Positions 1-5,365 of a DNA stretch of 5,795 nucleotides are shown here, one piece after another; position 1 is the stretch's first letter, and every line of letters begins with the position of its first letter. The notes beneath the pieces were generated by a model. The model ran no database searches and had not been told where the DNA came from. It worked only from the letters and a program-made list of their open reading frames with translations. The translations under genes and the position numbers were made by a program. Source of the stretch: Octopus sinensis (Eukaryota); the NCBI RefSeq assembly GCF_006345805.1, contig NW_021829858.1:1-5795 (forward strand), read 5' to 3'.

Positions 1-728
1 TGAAACGCTGTTTGATTATCTTTCTCGTATCTCCTTCTCCTCCTTGTGCACATGCGCTACATCTTTAGTTAGTATGGAAACAATTTTCGCCACGGTGATG
101 GGTAAAATACGCGCTTCTGATGTGTTAAAATATCCAAATTTTTCGAATTTTAAAGGCTAATAACTTTTTAGTTATGGATTTATTGCGAAAATGAATTTCA
201 TTTTCATAATTAGTATACAAAACTTAATCCATGTACCAAATTTGAAAACAATTGGAACAAAATTGTAAACAGTGACGAAAACCACAAAGATCCCATTTTT
301 GTAATACTTTTGTAGCTTTAATCCTCTACTATAATAATAACTCTTGTGTCTTTCTCCGTCACAATACATAAATGAGAAAGACAGGGATGATAGATGAATA
401 AGGAAGGAAGGGGTGATGGCAAACTTGGTAGTGGGATGATGGAAGTTCTGCGGTTAAAAAAACAAACAGCGTTTCAACTCTGCGTGAGTATATGTGTGTG
501 TATGTAAAAGGGAGTCGCGTGAATGCTTTGTGTGTGTGCGCGCGGTGGAAGTGGGATGGTGAACATTGAACGCAGAAGAGAAAATCAAACAGTATATGTG
601 TATATGTGTGTGTTAGCACAAGGGAAGTGTGTGAATTTTATGTACCTTATATTGTACCTTATTTATGTATAAAATACTACAAATAGCCGTCTTTTATGAC
701 GGTACGGGGCCAGATAGTAAAGTATATT

Positions 729-743
729 ACACACACACACACA
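729..743. repeat. (AC)n microsatellite abutting the SINE 3' tail
   Basis: ACACACACACACACA directly precedes TACTCTTTT, the reverse complement of the SINE tail. Confidence 0.9.
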
Positions 744-925
744 TACTCTTTTACCTGTTTCAGTCATTTGACTGTGGCCATGCTGGAGCACCGCCTTTAG
801 TCGATCCCGAGATTTTGTAAGCCTAGTGCTTATTCTATTGGTCTCTTTTGCCGAACCGCTAAGTTGCGGGGACGTAACACACACCCACCATTGGTTGTCA
901 AACACAGAAACCAACCCACAAACAC

Positions 926-959
926 ACAACAACAACACACACACACACACACACCACAC

Positions 960-1018
<59 letters not shown>

Positions 1019-1024
1019 CATACA
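926..1024. repeat. Compound (CA)n/(TACA)n/(TA)n microsatellite inside the SINE
   Basis: Pure (AT)n at 972-1014 is flanked by TACA and CA runs. It occupies the same position as the shorter tract in the 5045-5350 copy. Confidence 0.92.
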
Positions 1025-1114
1025 TTCAGATTCCGTCTACCAAATCTCCACTCACAAGGCTTTGGTCGGCTCGAGGCTATAGTAGAAGACCACTTGTCCA
1101 AGGTATCACCCAGA

Positions 1115-1166
1115 GAGACTGAACCCAGACCATGTGGCTGGTAGCAAGCTACTTACCACACAGCCA
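1115..1166 (-). promoter_or_regulatory. Internal RNA Pol III type-2 promoter (A box 1166-1156, B box 1125-1115) of the SINE head
   Basis: TGGCTGTGTGG matches TRGCNNARYGG at 10/11 positions. GGTTCAGTCTC is a degenerate GGTTCGANNCC. Spacing is tRNA-like. Activity is unknown. Confidence 0.6.
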
Positions 1167-1176
1167 CTCCTGCGCC

Positions 1177-1182
1177 TATAAT

Positions 1183-1246
<64 letters not shown>
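1177..1246. repeat. (TA)n microsatellite
   Basis: Near-perfect TA run immediately outside the SINE 5' end. Confidence 0.95.
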
Positions 1247-1251
<5 letters not shown>

Positions 1252-1289
1252 ACACTTATATACACTCACACAAAGGTACACATATATTC

Positions 1290-1326
1290 ATACACACATA
1301 CACACACACACACACGCTCTCTCCCT
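1290..1326. repeat. (CA)n-(CT)n microsatellite
   Basis: ACACACATACACACACACACACACAC followed by GCTCTCTCCCTC. Confidence 0.8.
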
Positions 1327-1700
1327 CACATACACGATCACAGATTTAGCTTAATGGAGATAAAGTAATCGGAGAACAAGAGGAGATGGAAAACTTTCAG
1401 GGAAATGCCTTAAGAACCATAACAAACGACGGAAATACACCGTTTGTGTTATTTGTTGAACGCTGGAAGGAATGAAAGAGAGAATATTAAAAAAGGGGTT
1501 CGACCTTATTGAGAGAGGTTCTGCTTCTTTCGAAGAAACAGAAAGAGGGAGAGGGAGAGGGGGGAAGGAATGCTAGAACAAAGAAAGGAAGAGAACGAAT
1601 TCTATGGAATTTAAGCTTGAAGTTGGTTTAATGAGATGGCTTCGTCCTATGAGTCAAGCGAAACGTTAAGTCGTGTAGAGCTGAGTGAAACTGTTATTAA

Positions 1701-1868
1701 ATAATCTTTTGTACTATAGGCACAAGGCCTGAAATTATGTGGGAGAGGACTAGTCGATTAGATCGATCCCAGTACGCAACTGGTACTTAATTTATCGACC
1801 CCGAAAGGATGAAAGGCAAAGTCGACATCAGTAGAATGTGAACTCAGAACGTTGCGATGGGCGAAATA
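1701..1868 (-). mobile_element. tRNA-derived SINE family 2, 3' unit (half head with B box + conserved central domain + tail a)
   Basis: The minus strand has GAGTTCACATTC (B-box-like, 1845-1834), then GTCGACTTTGCCTTTCATCCTTTCGGGGTCGATAAATTAAGTACCAG, which resembles (from memory) the Meta-type SINE central domain. It ends ...GGCCTTGTGCCTATAGTACAAAAGATTAT. No A box is present. Confidence 0.75.
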
Positions 1869-1988
1869 CTTATTTCTTTACTGCCGACAAGGGGCTTAAC
1901 ACAGAGAGGACAAACAAGGACATACAAACGGCTTAAGTCGATTACATCTACCCCAGTGTGTAACTGGTACTTAATTTATCGACCCCGA
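1869..1988 (-). mobile_element. SINE family 2, upstream unit fragment with a different tail (tail b), 5'-truncated
   Basis: 1936-1988 repeats 1752-1804 (47/53 identical, last 27 nt identical, period 184). The sequence then diverges into a distinct tail at 1869-1935. Confidence 0.72.
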
Positions 1989-2058
1989 TTTGCTCGACTA
2001 AAGGTGGTGTTCCAGCATGGCTGCAGTTAAATGACTGAAACGAGTAAAAGAGTAAAGA

Positions 2059-2060
<2 letters not shown>
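1986..2060 (+). mobile_element. 3'-terminal fragment of family-1 SINE (tail A)
   Basis: CGATTTGCTCGACTAAAGGTGGTGTTCCAGCATGGCTGCAGTTAAATGACTGAAACGAGTAAAAGAGTAAAGAGT aligns to 5276-5340 and ends in (AGTAAA[A]G)n tail repeats. Confidence 0.88.

Positions 2061-2061
<1 letters not shown>

Positions 2062-2118
<57 letters not shown>
2062..2118. repeat. (TA)n microsatellite
   Basis: Perfect TA run following the SINE tail. Confidence 0.95.
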
Positions 2119-2122
<4 letters not shown>

Positions 2123-2473
2123 GTGAAATGATAAAATATATCAATATACGTGTAAAAGAAATTCATGATTATCGAAATGTTTAGTTTGCAGAAGTCTGGG
2201 CTAAAAATAGCGTCTGTCGTATTCCTTCTGAAGTAAGGTGACGAGATATTCAAACAATGCCTACAGGTATTAGAATCACAATAGGCATTCTGAATATAAT
2301 GAAAAATTCATGGAGAAATTTTGTTAGAAATACAAGTACTTCGAGACACATATAATAAACAGAATAAACAACTAAATAAATAAACAAACAAGTATAGTTA
2401 ATATGATGAAACAAAAGCATCTATGTCGTATGTAATTATCGATACATATAAGAAAATGTTTGAAAATATTTGT

Positions 2474-2826
2474 CTTGAAAATTTTGTGATTGTATGAAGT
2501 TGTTCTTCCCGAATGCTTTTTGAGTGTAAGGATTTTTGCAAAGAAAATGTTACAGCCCTCTGTAGTATATACATTGCATGGCTTTCTATTTAAGGTAGTT
2601 ACGATATGGCTCATGAATGGATTTCCCAATTTATTTTTTATAGCATGTTTTGATTCTTTCATTCGCAAGTGAATGTTTTCTCTTTCATTTGTTTCTATCT
2701 TCCTGTGGCAGTAGAATTGCATCTGATATAGTTTCTGAATGAATAGGTATGCTGGTTGTCACTGAACTTCCAGGTGTTAGCAGTAAGGCCAATATATGCT
2801 TTGGTAGAACTAGATATTTCTACCAT
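2474..2826 (-). pseudogene. Decayed GIY-YIG endonuclease C-terminal region of a Penelope-like retroelement
   Basis: Hand translation from 2826 (-) gives MVEISSSTKAYIGLTANTWKFSDNQHTYSFRNYIRCNSTATGR*KQMKEKTFTCE*KNQNML*KINWEIHS*AIS*, with YIG at 2796-2788 and W at 2628. After a frameshift it continues RKPCNVYTTEGCNIFFAKILTLKKHSGRTTSYNHKIFK (C at 2578, HKIFK 2488-2474). This follows the PLE endonuclease pattern as I recall it: YIGxTxNxFKxRxxxHxxSF...NST.LS..IW.LK.....I.W.I...A.SY...CNLCLxEK..I...LNKR.E....CRH. Five stops and one frameshift. The GIY half is not cleanly recognisable. Confidence 0.78.
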
Positions 2827-3194
2827 TCCTTCTGTATGAACCTGTTATGTCATCTTCTCCATATAATCATTAGTATGTTATGATATGGCCAAGCTTTCAT
2901 TATTGTATAATTCAGAAGTAGTACGCTACGTCAGGTTGTTGAAGATAAACAACAAGGTCGCTCACCTCAGCTGCTTTATCATCTCAAGATGACAGTGAAG
3001 AAAATGTTTCTGATCCTATAGAAATTCTCGTGGTATAACAATAAACTGCTAGTGTTCATTATTATCCAGGTTTATAAGAGCGGTGGGCGTCAGAATCGCC
3101 ACAGTGTGAGAAACAATGCTGTACAGTATGAGTTATTTCTATGAATTAATTACGTTCTGTGAGTTTAGATAGTGCTGTACTATTTAGTTTATAT

Positions 3195-3370
3195 AGACGC
3201 AAAAGTAGCTGCATGGTTAAGAAGCTTGGTTTCCAGCCAGGTGGTTTCGTGTTCAGTCCTACATCGTGGTATCCTGGGTGAGCGTCTTCTACTAAAGCCT
3301 CGAGTTGATCAAGGCATTGTGGGTGAATTAGGTAGACAGAAACTGAGAGAAGCCAGTCGTATACATACAT
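3195..3370 (+). mobile_element. 5' half of a diverged family-1 SINE (tRNA head + CORE-like region)
   Basis: A box TAGCTGCATGG (3206-3216), B-box-like GTTCAGTCC (3251-3259), then TCTTCTACTAAAGCCTCGAG...GGTAGACAGAAACTGAGAGAAGCCAGTCGTATAC, collinear with the reverse complement of 1025-1176 and with 5045-5111. Confidence 0.82.
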
Positions 3371-3598
3371 AGGGAGAGTTTACGAAAAAAACAAAAGACG
3401 AAGACAGGTGGTGTACAAAACAAACAGATGTATTAGTATAACGCTCAGGAATAGAAAAAGTCTTTTACGTTTCGAGCCTACGCTCTTCTACAGAAAGGGA
3501 CACAGAAAAAACAAGGAAAGAAACAAGGAGAGAAAAAATGGAGAGAAAAACAAGGAGAGAAAAAAATGTGTGTAGTGGCTAACGATCTATCATGGCGA
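3371..3598 (-). mobile_element. Short non-autonomous element with a hammerhead motif (PLE pseudo-LTR/retrozyme-like), inserted in the SINE's internal microsatellite
   Basis: A ~230-bp block unrelated to the SINE, flanked by ATAC/ATGT repeats on both sides. It contains the hammerhead fold and internal AAACAAGGAGAGAAAAA repeats (3508-3566). Boundaries are approximate. Confidence 0.62.
3462..3497 (-). ncRNA. Minimal type I hammerhead ribozyme-like motif with atypical A6->U core
   Basis: Minus strand: CUUU (stem I) - CUGUAGA - A - GAGC[GUAG]GCUC (stem II) - GAAA - CG - UA (predicted cleavage after 3466) - AAAG (stem I). Both stems are perfectly paired and helix III is the palindromic ACGU. The core differs from CUGANGA at position 6. 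Confidence 0.62.
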
Positions 3599-3674
3599 CT
3601 GTATGTATCATGTATTCATACATACATACATATCTGTCTGTCTGTTAGTCTGTCTATAGACAGACAGACAGATA
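3599..3674. repeat. Inverted microsatellite block (ATGT/ACAT and TCTG/CAGA)
   Basis: 3631-3645 is the exact reverse complement of 3660-3674. 3648-3665 is a perfect 18-bp palindrome. Confidence 0.85.
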
Positions 3675-3689
3675 AATATGTGCATGATT

Positions 3690-3919
3690 GACTTGACATT
3701 AGGTGATGATTGTAAACGACTACCACCGTCAAACAAGTGATGTTGTTTACTTCCAGTCTTTCATAACAAAAAAAAATAATAAAGATGTCTGCATGGAAGC
3801 GGGTGGGGTTAAGGGGACGGGAAGAATTATCCGGCCATAGAATATCTGCCTCAACGAGAGCCATCTGATCCATACAGACGTAGAAAAGTGGACGTTAAGA
3901 TGACGATGACGTTGATGAT
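3690..3919 (+). mobile_element. Probable 3' half of the 3195 SINE with an RTE-LINE-like tail ending in (GAT/GAC)n
   Basis: GGAAGAATTATCCGGCCATAGAA (3820-3842) resembles, from memory, the GGAAGGGCATCCGGCCGTAAAA motif of RTE-clade 3' ends. It terminates in AAAAGTGGACGTTAAGATGACGATGACGTTGATGAT. It is co-oriented with the 5' half and resumes after the microsatellite. Confidence 0.6.
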
Positions 3920-3941
3920 TTTCTTTGTGTTGTTTGCAGTG

Positions 3942-3944
<3 letters not shown>

Positions 3945-3992
<48 letters not shown>

Positions 3993-4000
3993 TTCGTTCG
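3945..4000. repeat. (TG)n-(TGCG)n-(TTCG)n compound microsatellite
   Basis: TG run 3945-3974, TGCG run 3973-3992, TTCG x2 at 3993-4000. Confidence 0.93.
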
Positions 4001-4099
4001 TGCTTGCGTGTAAGATTGGCTTCGCCTCTATTACCACGACCAGATACCCGGTATTGTTCACTAACAGCTTTTAGCAAAACCTTCTTCACCCGTTTACAG

Positions 4100-4134
4100 C
4101 GCGTGTATTGATTTTGGCCTACCTAGAATAATAG
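4100..4134 (+). other. Candidate 35-nt spliceosomal micro-exon
   Basis: Branch-point-like CACTAAC (4059-4065), pyrimidine tract CCTTCTTCACCCGTTT (4080-4095), CAG acceptor (4097-4099), and AG|GTAAGT donor (GT at 4135-4136). One of three frames is open (ACIDFGLPRII). Confidence 0.45.
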
Positions 4135-4225
4135 GTAAGTGTGATTGTATTGTTAGTTAATTCAATCATATCGATCACCAATAATTTAACTAACAGCTAT
4201 AGTGATATTCAATACAAGCACTCCT

Positions 4226-4365
4226 ACACACACACACATACGCAGATCCATCCACACACACACCACACGCAGATCCATACACACACACACACACACGCAG
4301 ATCCATATACACACACACACACACACCACACGCAGATCCATACACACACACACACACACTCACAC
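4226..4365. repeat. Minisatellite: 4 x ACGCAGATCCAT separated by variable (AC)n
   Basis: Exact 12-mers at 4240, 4267, 4295 and 4330 (periods 27, 28, 35). Confidence 0.9.
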
Positions 4366-4502
4366 GGCCACACACCTGCGTGCCCATACCAAGCTCTCGT
4401 CTACGACTGCGCATGTATATGCGCAGAAGCCCCGCACCCGTATACATAGGCGCGTACAAACACCCCACGTAGTTTAAAGTATACGGTATGCCTTTGTGCG
4501 TA

Positions 4503-4529
4503 TCACACACACACACACACACACGCGCG
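4503..4529. repeat. (CA)n(CG)n microsatellite
   Basis: CA run grading into CGCGCG directly before the SINE tail fragment. Confidence 0.85.
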
Positions 4530-4583
4530 TACTCTTATTTTGTATTTTCTTTAGTCTTTGGACTGCGGCCATGCTGGGGCGCC
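4530..4583 (-). mobile_element. Very short 3'-terminal fragment of family-1 SINE (tail A)
   Basis: TACTCTTATTTTGTATTTTCTTTAGTCTTTGGACTGCGGCCATGCTGGGGCGCC aligns to 744-795 (TACTCTTTTACCTGTTTCAGTCATTTGACTGTGGCCATGCTGGAGCACCGCC). Confidence 0.7.
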
Positions 4584-4832
4584 ATCTTGTTTGTACACGA
4601 AAATATATTTGTTTGAGTGCGGGGTGTTACTTATAAAAATATATTTTGTTTCCTAATGGCTGTGTATTTGTAATTCAAAAGATAGTTTTGTCATATACTT
4701 TGCATTACACTGATTCTTTCCGAGAATTATGGGAAGGGTTCACGTGGCTGTGTGCAATGCCCAACCGCTTACGCGCAAATACTCTGGCAGCTGAGTCAGC
4801 TGATCGAATTTCTGTAACCTCATCGTCGAACG

Positions 4833-5034
4833 ATGTATGTATGTATGTATGTATGTATGTATGTATGTATGTATGTATGTATGTATGTATGTTGTATGAT
4901 ATGCATGCATGCATGCATGTATATATATGTGTATATACTATGTTATATATACATAATAGATACAGAGAGAGAGAGAGAGAGAGAAAGAGAGATGTGTGTG
5001 TGTGGTGTGTGTGTATATATATATATATATATAT
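4833..5034. repeat. Compound microsatellite: (ATGT)15, (ATGC)4, (AG)n, (TG)n, (TA)n
   Basis: ATGT 4833-4892, palindromic ATGC run 4901-4918, AG 4964-4992, TG 4993-5013, TA 5014-5034. Confidence 0.93.
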
Positions 5035-5044
5035 TTACGCATAC

Positions 5045-5350
5045 ATAGCCTCGGGTCAACCAAAGCCTTGTGAGTGGATGTGGTAGACGGAAACTGAAAG
5101 AAGCCTGTCGTAAACATAGATATATATACATGTATATATTTGTGTGTGTATCTGTTTGTCCCTTTACCATCACTTGACAACCGATGTTAGTGTGGTTACG
5201 TCTCCGTAGCTTAGCGGTTCGGCAAAAGAGGCCGATAGAATAAGTACAAGGCTTACAAAGAATAAGTCCTGGGGTCGATTTGTTCGACTAAAGGCGGTGC
5301 TCCAGTATGGCAGCAGACAAATGACTTGAAACAAGTAAAAAAAAAAAAGA
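5045..5350 (+). mobile_element. 5'-truncated family-1 SINE (tail A), lacking the tRNA head
   Basis: Collinear with the reverse complement of 744-1080 from ATAGCCTCGGG through TGAAACAAGT plus an A-run. Contains the intact GTCGA-N5-TCGAC hairpin (5274-5288). Confidence 0.9.
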
Positions 5351-5365
5351 ATATACACTCACATA

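Larger units (their letters stand above)
744..1176 (-). mobile_element. Near full-length tRNA-derived SINE (family 1, tail type A; CORE-SINE-like)
   Basis: The minus strand reads GGCGCAGGAG-TGGCTGTGTGG (A box)...GGTTCAGTCTC (degenerate B box), then TACCTTGGACAAGTG (resembles the MIR/CORE motif ACCTTGGGCAAGT), an internal (TA/TG)n tract, and the tail ...GCTCCAGCATGGCCACAGTCAAATGACTGAAACAGGTAAAAGAGTA. It is homologous to the in-window copies at 3195-3370 and 5045-5350; 1025-1080 versus the reverse complement of 5045-5098 gives 49 matches, 5 mismatches and one 2-nt gap. The octopus attribution is from memory. Confidence 0.88.

Noticed and set aside
428-615. Degenerate ~120-bp duplication (AGTGGGATG...AAACAG...GTATATGTGTGTGT twice)
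   Set aside because: Matches are short and low-complexity, so not distinguishable from chance.
663-1122. Overlapping ORFs rich in YI/CV/HT dipeptides
   Set aside because: Translations of microsatellites and SINE sequence with no protein-like content.
1110-1176. tRNA gene (also 3195-3262)
   Set aside because: A and B boxes are present, but no cloverleaf could be drawn and both continue into SINE body.
1547-1568. G-quadruplex in the purine-rich tract
   Set aside because: Only three separate runs of three or more G.
2160-2260. Second hammerhead downstream of the GIY-YIG fossil (TCATGATTATCGAAATGT; CTGAAGT)
   Set aside because: The core is mismatched and no convincing stems I/II form on either strand.
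2372-2722. 116-aa ORF as an intact gene
   Set aside because: Only its middle-distal part (RKPCNV...HKIFK) is in the endonuclease frame; the rest is out of frame.
3488-3593. Spliced ORF in the hammerhead element (ATG 3593, GT 3583, AG 3488)
   Set aside because: The donor is weak and the spliced frame stops after about 10 codons.
4100-4134. Assigning ACIDFGLPRII to a kinase DFG motif or YqgF-like motif
   Set aside because: Eleven residues are too few; the resemblance may be chance.
4240-4341. CRISPR-like array
   Set aside because: 12-nt non-palindromic repeats, spacers are (AC)n, eukaryotic context, no cas genes.
4141-5358. ORFs of 60-146 aa (HTHT, MYVC, ERER types and the SINE-antisense ORF 5170-5358)
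   Set aside because: Stop-free by virtue of simple repeats or SINE sequence.
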